NCBI RefSeq assembly: GCF_036321535.1 | Contig: NC_087437.1 | Span: 28,646,001 to 28,710,000, forward strand | Length of the DNA: 64,000 bases | Direction of reading: 5' to 3' | From: Camelus dromedarius | Lineage: Eukaryota | Made by a program: the position numbers and the translations under genes | Notes under the pieces: generated by a model | Databases searched by the model: none | Told to the model about the DNA's origin: nothing | The model's input: the letters and a program-made list of their open reading frames with translations, nothing else | Part shown: in pieces, positions 13,280-23,859 of the stretch | Layout: every line of letters begins with the position of its first letter | Numbering within the stretch: the stretch's first letter is position 1

Positions 13280-14520
13280 CCTGGAGGGTCAATGGATCTG
13301 TGGACTCAACCTACAGTTATTTCCCCAGTTCTAAAATGTATAATTAGGATAAATACCTAGCTACTGGTAGAACCCTCACATTAATTTCCTGGTCTGTTAG
13401 AAAAAGGACTGTAATGGGAGGAAGAGACAAATTTAATTAGATGGTGGCCCAATTGCAGCAGCTTTGCCAGATGTGGTATCTCTGCTGGAGCAGATCAACA
13501 TGGTCACTGGCTGCTGTTGGACAATGCAGTCTTCATCCCTTGAGTAGGGAAGCACATGACAGAGTTCTCTTCAAATAGCAGGGCAGGATACCTTCACTGT
13601 TTTGCTTCAGGGTTTTCATACTAACTCTCCTTTCTGTCATAATTTAGTTGCGAGGAATCTTGGTTGTCTTTTGACTTACCTTAAAATATCATTCTGGTCC
13701 ACTATTTTGATACCATTATGCTAAGTAAACTTGGTAAGCAGGAGGTAGAATTTACCCTAGATACACTAGTCACATACATACATACCAGAGGTCCTGAAAT
13801 GTTTTAAAGTTTTTCAGTGAACCACTGATCTGAGACATTCCAGGAAATTCTCCTCTAATGTAAAGAATGCATTTTGTATCTTGGATCTCTGTTGAGAAAA
13901 ATAAATAGTGTTTGGTTGTGCCTATTCTTTATTTAATTAAAAAAATTTTAATGGAAGTACTGGGGATTGAGCTATTTGGTTTTTTTGAGGCAACTTATGC
14001 CATCCTTGGGAGAACCACCTCCAGTCAGTTTATCAGATTATGGGAAAAGATTAGTTTTGATTCGAGCTCACAGTGGAATGACTGCAGCACAGTCAGCTGT
14101 GGTGCAATCTTCCCGGCCGCTTGGTTGTGTAATCCTGCGGATCTGGTGGTGCCAGAGGTTTAGACAGTAGGTAAGTGGAGTCTCTGGCAAGATCCAATAG
14201 GAGAGCGGCAGTGTAGACCGCCCTCTCGGAATCTGGAGCTCATACCTGCTTGAAAAAACAGCTCCTTGGAAACTAATGGACATTGATAGGAATTAAGACT
14301 CTTCCTCATGTGGGTAAAAGTGACTATGAAACTTGAGTTGCTTATCCTAAGCTGAGTATTTTCAAACTTGCAGAGTCATAAGGTGGCATGGGAGTATCAT
14401 CAATCCGTTGTAAGATGGGAAGAGTATATTCCATATTTGCAAAACAGGAGCAGAAGTCACAAGTAGGCTGGGTCAATAAGCGGCTCAGACTGCCCTCAGC
14501 TACCTCCACAGCGGTGCAGG
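13280..14520 (+). mobile_element. ERV-L internal region: decayed pol (reverse transcriptase to tether/RNase H)
   Basis: 13449-13499 translates PIAAALPDVVSLLEQIN. From 13685 it reads NIILVHYFDTIML...QEVEFTLDTLVTYIHTRG, where YFDT sits at the YxDD motif (ERV-L reads LVHYIDDIML). About 14130-14240 gives NPADLVVPEV...WSLWQDPIGE. Multiple stops and frameshifts. Confidence 0.9.
13927..13971 (-). mobile_element. Heavily 5'-truncated tRNA-derived SINE (Vic-1-like, camelid) inserted in ERV-L pol
   Basis: A T/A tail is followed by 'ttaatggaagtactggggattga', the reverse of the '...tcaatccccagtacctccattaaaa' 3' end I recall for the camelid SINE. It is flanked by ctatt (13922-13926 and 13972-13976), and removing it restores an ERV-L-like 'LFGF..Q' reading. 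Confidence 0.65.
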
Positions 14521-14646
14521 GAAACTTCACAGTGGTCAGAAGTACACGCAGTACACAGTACACTTGTTTACTCGATGTGGAGGGAAGAGGTAACCTAATA
14601 TAGGAAAACACGCTGAATTTTTTGAGATGCTGGAAATGTCCTACAC

Positions 14647-14781
14647 CTGTGCTATTCAGCATGGTAGCCACTAGCCAACTAGTGCCACTGAGGAACTGAA
14701 TTTTTTAATTGTAGTTAATTTTAATTAACTTATATTTAAATAGCCTCATTGGGCTACTGCTTGCCATATTGGATAGCAGAG
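14647..14781. mobile_element. hAT-Charlie MITE (MER3-like), internally deleted
   Basis: Imperfect terminal inverted repeats ctgtgctattcagcatgg / ccatattggatagcagag, and internal 'actgaggaactgaattttttaattgtagttaattttaattaa'. Confidence 0.8.
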
Positions 14782-16544
14782 GTCTAAATGATACATATTT
14801 TAAAACTATATGACAAGTGATGTAAGTTGCATCAAAAGCCATTGATCAAATCATTCTAATAATTTCAAACTGTTATTAGACGTGGCTCTGGCTAGTTAAA
14901 TGATTCTTCTGTCTGAGCTGTTCTGACTGTACCTCTTCCAGTGAATTCTTCATCTAATTTATAGTCATTAGTTACTGGGAATCCTGCCATGCACTGAAGG
15001 GGTTGAATTTGCACACTGCCCTACTTCTCAGCTTTCAGTTTTCCCTTGCTGGCCTCCTGGCCTCTCCGTGACTCTTCCACCTTGGACCATAACGATGCTG
15101 CCTCTATGCCTAGGTGCTGTTCACACGCCAGGAGCTGGTGCTGGGGGCACCTGAACCAGAGGACAAGTGGGACAGGGGAGGGCAGAGTGGCATAAGGATG
15201 GGGATGAGAAGGGCTAGACTGTCTCATCCTGATTACCACAGCCCGTACCTGGCCAGGAACTGGTTTCACCTCATGCAAAGGCAAGAGCACAGTTGATTCA
15301 AGTCCAGTTGGTACATAGAACAGAAGTGAAGTGGGAAAGAACAGACAATATGGAAAAAATAGAAAGTACAAAAGGTGGACTACGATGGACAAGGGCTCAG
15401 GCAGGTCACTCCTGAGCTTCAAGTGGCCCCGGCAAGCGACATGGCAGGTGGGCACAGGGAGGAATGGGCAACCTCAAGTGAGGCTTCTCTGCCTAGGGAC
15501 CAATCATGAGGGAGGGTCAGAAGGGGACTGATACCGGGTCACTTGCTAGAGAGTCTGCTTTTCTGGATAACTCAGGGATATACATACTTACAGGCCTCCC
15601 CTTATCAACAGAGATTTATTTGTTCCACCAGGGATTAAACTGTCCGATAAAACAGAAGTTTCCAAACCCACACAAAGGAAAGTTAATACACTATGTAGGA
15701 ATATATCCCATCCAATCATATCTTCATGTCCTTGGCCATTGGCTGTCTTCCCAGTTGATGCCTGAACTGGAAGAAACACATGCACTATGGCTCTGAGGCA
15801 TCACTCCAAGGGCAGAAAGAACAGGTCTTCTTCAATTGAGCTGTGCCTTCCATTCCTCACCCAACTTTTGAAATAAACAACAGGAGATTTACATCTGGCC
15901 ACACCCCTCAAACTCAGCTTCAGTACTCAAAGGGAAAAAATATGTTGGCACGCTGGTATTTCTATTGATTTGTTGATTGATTAATCTACACTGCTTCTCA
16001 ATACCATTGCTCTTAGACTATTATCAGCCAGTACAGGAATTCTACATTATTTTAACAACCCATAAATTTGCTGAATTTGACATTGCCATGGAAGTGTCAG
16101 TCATGAAAGCATGTGATGGCTGTTTCTCAGTATAAGTTTCCAACAAATTTGTCTTTGACAGAATTTTTTTTTCCTCTCCCAGGAACTGTAAGTTGCTTTT
16201 AAGTCTTAGTTTGCTTCTGTGTCAACTGCATTCAAATGAAAATAATGACATTTGTCTATCAGCTAGAGCTTGATCATTGAATGATTAATATTTGAGTGAC
16301 TCCTAATTATCATTCAGGTTTTCCTAGTAAAGAAGCCAGTCTGCAGAAAAATGATTTAACTAAGGACTTGGTGAAGGTTGGTGCTCTGGTCTCTGAAGCT
16401 GTGTACAGCCCAAACTGAACCGAGCCCTGCTCACTCTAGGTAGCTGGGGATGCTGTTTGTTTGTTTGTGTTAGTGTTAGTGAAATTTACCAAAGAATTTA
16501 TGGAGAATCAGTGAAGAAAATTCTAGAGTAAGAACTATTAGCAA

Positions 16545-16735
16545 GGTAGGGGTAGGGGATTAAGAGGTATGAACCACTATGAATAAAACAATTAAGCTAC
16601 AAGGATATGTTGCACAGCACAGGGAATGTAGCCAATATTTTATAATAACTATAACTTGGGTACAAATCTTTAAAAATTGTGAATCACTCAAGCTTACATA
16701 ATGTTGTAAATCGACTAAACCCTGATTTTAAAAAA
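16545..16735 (+). mobile_element. L1 3' end (laurasiatherian/artiodactyl type), truncated
   Basis: 'gggattaagaggta...aagctacaaggatatgttgcacagcacagggaatgtagccaatattttataataactata' followed by an A tail. Confidence 0.8.
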
Positions 16736-18769
16736 GAGCCTCATCAGTGGCTCAGTGATTGGGTCACTCTGCCTGGAATCCTGGTTTTGCGCCGTCTTGG
16801 GCGTGTGGATTCCTTTTGTGAGGCCTGCTGACATTCTGTGCTGGGATGAAGCTTCTTTGTTTCTGCGCCTTCATAACTGTTTACACAGAGCCTTCGGCCT
16901 TCCCATCTGTCAATGCTCAGAGTTCACTTCAAGTGCAGCCTGCAGAGGAGTTCTCTGCTTCTCTCCAGTGCGCTCAGCTAAATGCCTCCAGGCGGTCTGC
17001 TTTTTTAGTGTTAACCCCAGGAATGCAGTTCCTTTCCTTGGCTTCCCGCAGTTCTCTCTGACTTGAGCATTCACTGGGGCCTGGCACTTTCCTGCCTGGG
17101 TTCTGTTCTGCCAGCTGGGTCTGCTCTCCAGCACACAGGAAAGGCTACCCTAGTGACTTAGCTGATGTTTATAGGGGGAGCTACTTCCTGACCAAGGTCT
17201 GAGTTGAAGCATCCTTCCCATTTGAGGGAGGCCCTGGCACTGAGCTACAGAACCACACATTCCTCTAGTATAACAGCCCAGCAATATTACAAGCACAGGG
17301 AATCAAAACTCACTGAACAGATTGTATTTTGACTCCAAATAAATGATGGAATGTGTTTGTAGTAATCGATGAGCCATTTGACTCAACGAATACATCTTTT
17401 AATTAGATACCTGAAAACCAAGTTACTGCCATGGGCTACTATTCTGAGATATGAACCTATGCTCCCACTTCCCGTAATATTTCCTCTTCTCCCTTCCCCT
17501 TTCAGGCAGGAATGTTCAATTCTGCTCCCATTATCTCCAGAGAGGTCTGGGGAAGGACACAACTCACGCTGCCTGAAAAAAAAAAAGAAGTCATTTCCTG
17601 GTTTGGGTTTTTAAAAGGCTCAACCCCAGAGCTAGAAATGAGTTGGTTAGTCAAAGGAAAATGGCTTTGAAAAAAGAAGCAAGAAGGTTCTTTCACAGAC
17701 CAGCAAGAGATAACCACCCGCGGTGGGGGAGAGAGGGGGAAGGGAAGCAGAAGAGATTGTCCAGTCTGCAGGGTGGGCCTGGGGAATCAGGAAGGGAGGG
17801 CTGCGTGGTGCAGCCCCACCAGGGATCTCAAACACCTGCTGTGGCAAAGATGGGTCAAATAAAAGGTTGCCAAGGGCCTGGTGTGGAAAACAAAAAAATC
17901 TTGCAAATATTATATATATATATTATATATATATAATGTCAGCGGCACCCTGCCTCAGTGCTGGGAGCTCATTGAGGGTGGATGGATGGATCTATGGCAA
18001 ACACTGGCTGGGCAGCCCCTTCTCAGCTCCTGCAATTGCTGCTACGTGGAGAGGTGGCCCCTGACTGCTAGATTGCCTGATGTTCCAGAGAGGCCAGAGT
18101 TTTGTTCTGTTTTTTTTGGTGAAACTCTCCTGACTTTTAAAAGTTGACTAAGATGTTTTTACAACATAGCATAGGCCAAAAAAAGCACATCTGTAGGCCA
18201 GATGTAGCCTCCATGCCACTGACTTGCAACCTGTAGCCCAGGCAGGGCTGCAGGCCACCTCAGCAAAGATTCCTGTGCCTGAAGGTTGTGCTGAGACAGC
18301 AGAGAAATATTGTTTCTGAAGGGGTCGCACAGAAAGGGCCCCGGTAATATGCAAACTGATGACCAAGGACAAGAAGATGCCTCCACCATCAATGCTTTGG
18401 CCCCGTGGCCTAGCTCAAGGGTGTGAAAGGAAGAGGGAATTCCAACAAGCAATGAGGATGATTGTTTCACCAGCCAGGCAGATGAAAGTTGAAAATAGAA
18501 ACTGACTGAGGTTATAGAGAAAAGAGATGTGGTAATTCTTGAATCCAGGAAATTTTGGACTGAGATGTGTACTTACTAGGCCCGTGGACTTGTCAGGTGG
18601 TGCTACCAATTCCTGGGAGAGCACAAAATAACACCAGCATCCCACCCACTAGACACTCCTATGTCCCCTTAATCTTTGGGCCATCAGGTGACCTGGGATT
18701 ACGCTGTGAACTCTGTTCTAGGGAAGGGATACCTATTCCATAGAGAATCCAGAGGGATAACTGCCATGC

Positions 18770-19310
18770 TTTTTAATTTTTTAGTAGCTTTATTGAGGTA
18801 TAATTGATATAACATAAAATTTACCTACTGCAATTATGCAATTTGATATTCTAGTAAATTTGTAGAGTTGTATAACCATCACCACAACTCACTTTTAGAA
18901 CACTTCCATCACTGTAGAAAGCTCCTGCATGCTTCTTTATGGTCAATCCTTGTTCCTACCCCTCGCCCTGAGTGACCACTCATCTGTTTTCTGTCCATTA
19001 CACTTTCTTTGTCTGGACACTTCAAATAAATGGAATCATAAAATATGGAGTATTTGTATCTGACATCTTTCACTTAGTATGATGCTTTTGGGGGTGATTC
19101 ATCTTGAGGCATACAATGTACCTGTAGTTTTTTACTTCTTTTTATTACTGAATAGTATGCTGCTGCACAGACACAGCACAATTTAAAAAATACATTTACC
19201 AAGTTGGCAGATATTTGGATTGCTTCCACTTCGGGCTTTTGTGAATACTGTTGCTGTGAAAACTCACGTGCAGGTCTTGATGTGGCACTGCTGTGCTTTT
19301 GGAATGAATG
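18770..19310 (-). mobile_element. L1MB-type 3' end
   Basis: 'agctttattgaggtataattgatataacataaaatt...aaccatcaccacaa...tggaatcataaaatatg...ctttcacttagtatgatg...atttggattgcttccact'. Confidence 0.85.
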
Positions 19311-20844
19311 TTCCAACATCGGCCATTAAGAGTTTACGAAAGGTGGCCATTTCATAAGCAGTGATGTGGAAACTAAGGTGTGCTTGGGGAACCAAAAAGA
19401 GGACTCTGACAGGTTCTGCCCGGCATCTGCTCTCCGTTGAGATCAGCTTCAGCCTGCCAGCAAAAAGCCAAGCCCTGATCAGGAACACTGAGCTGGGGGG
19501 TTGGGAGAGAAGAGAGGAGATGTCTGGGCCTTGAGCTAAGGGAGCACAATCAGGTGGCCACTTCCTAGGGAGGATGCTGGCTCTCAAGGTAGAGGGGGGG
19601 AATTGGCCATTAAACCAAAGCCCTAATTAACGCACAGCCCATGAGAGGCTGTCATGACGCAGAGGGCAGTGCAGTTTACACCTGCGGCCGAGGAGCCTTT
19701 GCGGTATGGGTAGGTCACTGCTGGAAGAAGAAAGATCTGTGCTGGACAGTCACTGTTTGGCACTTCTCTGAACTGTTTTTTGGGTAACATGTTTAGGAAT
19801 ACTGGCATAATTCACAGATGGGCATAGGTTACATTCCTGTCAGTGCACCTTTGCAGAAATCCCTCAAGGCTTTAGTTTTAAGCAATAATGATTTTGCAAG
19901 TATATTCCATTCACACAAATCCTGGAAGGCTAGGACATATATTGGTATTATTAATCCAAGTTCATAAGAAAAGAATTAAATTCTTTTCAGTCTAGAGTTA
20001 TCTCTTTATTATCTTTATTACACTTTATTACAGGAATGTATGTATAGGAAAAAAAAAAGGAAATGACACCCAGTTCAGCCACCATGATATATATCATGTC
20101 AAAAAATATCCTCCCAGATGAAATACACACACACACACACGATCTTCTATATCCCCAGCATCCCTGTGTTTTCTGGCCTCCTGAGATCACTGTTTTGTGA
20201 AATATCTGAATGTCTGGTTTTCTAGGGCAGTATTTCTGGGCTTTCCTGGGGAGTGCACGCCCTCTCCTGGTTGCTGTCTATCACTCCACCTTTGAGTGGC
20301 ACCACGAGTTTCCCTTATCTCGTTGATCATCTGTAGTGGTGGGAAAGCAGAAAAAATGAAAAACCCATTCACCTACTCACAAACCATATGATGCTTTCTC
20401 TGAGCCCTACCTTGCTCTAGGCATCTGGTCCGCGAACTCCAACAGAGCGTTAAGTCCGGGTGGATGCTGTAATACAATGACCAATGAACGGTCTTAAGTT
20501 TAAGACAACTCAAAGGACAGAATAGAGGAAACTCTTTCACCAATAGATTTGAGAATGGGATTGACTCATTTTCCTATTGTGAATGACCAGAAATCCTGTG
20601 GTAGTCTAGAAGGGCTGAAGTGAAGGGGGCATATGGCTCCTCTAAACCCCAGATCGAATAATGCCCTCTATTCCTATAATCCAGCCCAGTTCTTTGTTTG
20701 TTTATTAACTCTGTTCGATTCAACCTTGTAATGTCAGCTTTCCTTCATTTCCTTCATTAGACTCACACTGGCATTATGCCATAGGGTTAAATAGTCTCAC
20801 TAAAAATTGGAGGGTAAAAGCCAGGTGAGGGCTATGATTCAGGA

Positions 20845-20940
20845 GCATCATAAGAATTAAATAAGTTAATACATGATAGAATTCAGAGTAGTGGCTGGCC
20901 CATAGTAGATACTCATCAAATGTGACAATGATGAAGATGG
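20845..20940 (+). mobile_element. MIR 3' fragment
   Basis: 'aagaattaaataagttaatacatg...agtggctggcccatagtagatactcatcaaatg'. Confidence 0.6.
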
Positions 20941-20964
20941 TTATTACAATGCAGAGAAAAGTTC

Positions 20965-21620
20965 CACTGAATGTTTATTTGTTCCATTCATCTATCTGTT
21001 CCAACACCTATAACATGTTTTCATGATTATACTTTAAAAGTACAATTGACAGAGCAACTTCTCCTTATTATTTTTTTCCACTAAATTTCCTATATATTTT
21101 TAATGTATCTTTTTCTTCCAGATGAATTTCAGAACCATTTAAGTCAAACACCAAAGAAGGTCCCGATCAGAAGATGAAAACGAATATATGTATGTATATG
21201 CAAGACTGGGACATTGTACTGTAAACCAGAAACTGATTCATTGTAACTTACTATACTTCAACTAAAAAGAAAAAAGAAAAATAAATAAATAAATAAAAAG
21301 AAGTAAGATGATATACAGTATATAAATTTGGAAAGAATTAACATGAGTACACTGTCTTCTCTTCCTAGATCATGATTATGTCTCCATGTAGTCATGCATT
21401 GTATTTAATCCTTCAGCAGAGGTTCATTGTCAGATAAGTTTCACACATTTCTAGTCACATTTATGCATAAGATTTTTATCTTATTCATTGCTATCATGAA
21501 TTATCCACAATATTCTAAACAGTTGCTATTTTGCTTTATAAACGCTATTGAATTTATGCATTTATTTTTTACTTTAGCCAACTTGCTGAGTTTTCTCATA
21601 GTTTCTGAGTTAAATTTGAC
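20965..21620 (-). mobile_element. Ancient L1 ORF2 fragment, interrupted by a younger L1 3' end
   Basis: 'tttattgttccattcatctatctgttcc...tttcttccagatgaatttcagaacca', resuming after 21300 with 'tataaatttggaaagaattaaca'. Confidence 0.6.
21170..21300 (+). mobile_element. Short young L1 3' end with an (AAAT)n/A tail
   Basis: 'gaaaacgaatatatgtatgtatatgc...accagaaactga...tgtaacttactatacttcaa' plus an A-rich tail. Same family as 30017-30170. Confidence 0.85.
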
Positions 21621-22329
21621 ATAATCTGTAAAAATGAAACAACAGAAAATGTGAATCCTAAATATTCTGACAGAACCTGCCTCAGCAGAGAAGAATTCCA
21701 GAAAAATTTCCTGGGCAATTGAGGAAAGAGAGCAGAATTCAAGAAAATAGCTAAATACAGGATTGTCATGCAGATATGCTTTTTTTTATCTGGAAGGAGA
21801 CACCATGATTGTTTTAAAAATATACTTATTTAATAAGTATGCATATAAATTACATTTTAATTATTTTGTTAATTGCTTGTTTCTATAAGAACATGATACT
21901 TCTAACCTCAGTTTTGGTAAGAAATCACTTCTTGCTGAGATCCTAGTCCAGTAATTCTTTCAGAAGGAGTATAGTTTGGAATATTTTTTCTTATTAAACC
22001 CTTGGTTGCTTCACTGATGGTCATTTTCTTCTCTAAGTTAATAATTCATTCTAAAAATCTCCCTAGATTTGTTCTCAGACATATTAGGTATATTTTGTGG
22101 CTTGTATGTTTTCTGCTTCTTTGAAGCCTGGTGTAAGAACTGCCTTACTCCAGCTTTTTGTTTGTTTATTTGATAATCTGGTCTTGCTTCATAATTATTG
22201 GCAGTGGCTTGGCAATTTCTTTTGCAGAGTACTTCAGTTACTGGGATGTAATGAATCTGAGATAGGATACCTGAACTAATTATGAGTTGATAGGTGATAT
22301 CTGAAGATGTGTTCATCTGTCCTGGCCTT

Positions 22330-22850
22330 CAGCTCCCTCTTACTAATATTTTCTTCTTCCCAGATTTCTAGTCTAAGAATGCTTTTATTTGACAGAAAGA
22401 ATGAAAAAAGTAAGGGATTAAACAGATCATCCTTCTCATAGTTTGTTACTCCCGAGCAAGCTCTTTCTTCATCTGAATCATATTCATTTTGTGTACTTTA
22501 AACTTTCTCTGGCCAATCTTACATGCTTGTTGCTATCTTTTATATTTATCCTAAGTTGTATTCCCCTTATTTTTTCTCCCCATTATGTTTATTTAGTGAC
22601 TGAGCTCATTATATAACTGCCTTTGTAGTAATTTCAGGTTCATTATGGATCTTCTCTGTCACTATGGACTGGGGAATATTTGAGTCTATGTAAGCTAAAT
22701 TTAATTTTCACATGGATATCCACCTTCTTAAATTGTCACCATTTTTAGAGTCTCAGGTTATGTTATTATATCTATATATTTTCTGAACATTTGAAATCCA
22801 TTCCCCCTAAAATCTAAAAATTAGATTTTACTTTTGGATTTAAATAGCAT
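22330..22850 (-). mobile_element. CR1/L3 LINE ORF2 remnant (tentative)
   Basis: The reverse complement of 22779-22816 reads LDFRG.. followed by F.MFRK-like codons, resembling the CR1 'LDFRKADF..FR' linker. Very degraded. Confidence 0.4.
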
Positions 22851-23081
22851 CTTACTAATATATCATGGCACTATCTTTCCTAGCATCCAACTGAAATACT
22901 AAAGAAATCAGAGAAAAAAGGAAAATGTGCGTAAAGATGCATACATACACACACACATATGAGAACTGACAGTCAATTGATCGGATGACTCTAACAGAAA
23001 TTAAATGTTCACTAAACTGCAACATAGAGTGAGTCCACTGAAACGTGATTTTTGGTAAGCTACTTGTGCTCTGTTGGCTAC

Positions 23082-23337
23082 CTTGTGCACTGTTGGTGGG
23101 ATTGTAAATTGATGCAGCTGCTATGGAAAACATTATGGAGGTTCCTCAAAATAATTAAAAATACAACTGTCATATAATCCAGTAATTTCATTTCTGGGTA
23201 TTTATCTGAAGAGAACAAAAACACTAATTTGAAAAAATATATGCACACCAATGTTCATTGTAGCATTATTCATGGTAATGAACTTATGAAAGCAACCTAA
23301 ATGTCCATTGATGAATGAATAAAGAAGATGTAATACA

Positions 23338-23371
<34 letters not shown>

Positions 23372-23858
23372 CATAAACACATATATACATACAATGGCAT
23401 GTAACTGATTCATAAAATAAATAAAATCTTTCCATTTGTGACAACACAGGTGGATCTGGAGGTATTATGCTAAGAAAAATAAATCAGACAGAGAAAACAC
23501 AATATGATTTCACTTATATGTGGAATCTAAAAAACCAAACAAACGAACCAGACTCATAGATGCAGAGAACAAACAGGTGGTTGCCAGAGGGAAGAGGGGT
23601 GAAGTGTGGGGCAAAGTAGGTAGAAAGGATTAAGAGGTACCAATCTCCAGTTATAAAATAAATAAGACATGGGGATGTAATATACAGCATAAAGAATATG
23701 GCCAATAATATTGTAATTACTCTGTAGGGGGACAGGTGGTTACTAGACTTACTGAGGTGTATAAATATCATAACATGTGTAAATATTAAATTACTATATG
23801 GTACCTCTGAAACTATCATAATATTGTATGTCAACTATAATTCAGTTTTAAAAAAAGG
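23082..23858 (+). mobile_element. L1MA9-like 3' end with an internal (TA)n/(TG)n expansion
   Basis: 'tgcactgttggtgggattgtaaattg...tatggaggttcctcaaaa', 'gatttcacttatatgtggaatctaaaaa', and end 'ttgtatgtcaactataattcagttttaaaaaaa'. Microsatellite at about 23335-23390. Confidence 0.9.
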
Positions 23859-23859
23859 T

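Noticed and set aside
111..13949. Identical 19-mer atttaattaaaaaaatttt at 111-129 and 13931-13949
   Set aside because: Both sit at the decayed poly(A) tails of retroposed inserts, so convergence in low-complexity sequence explains it.
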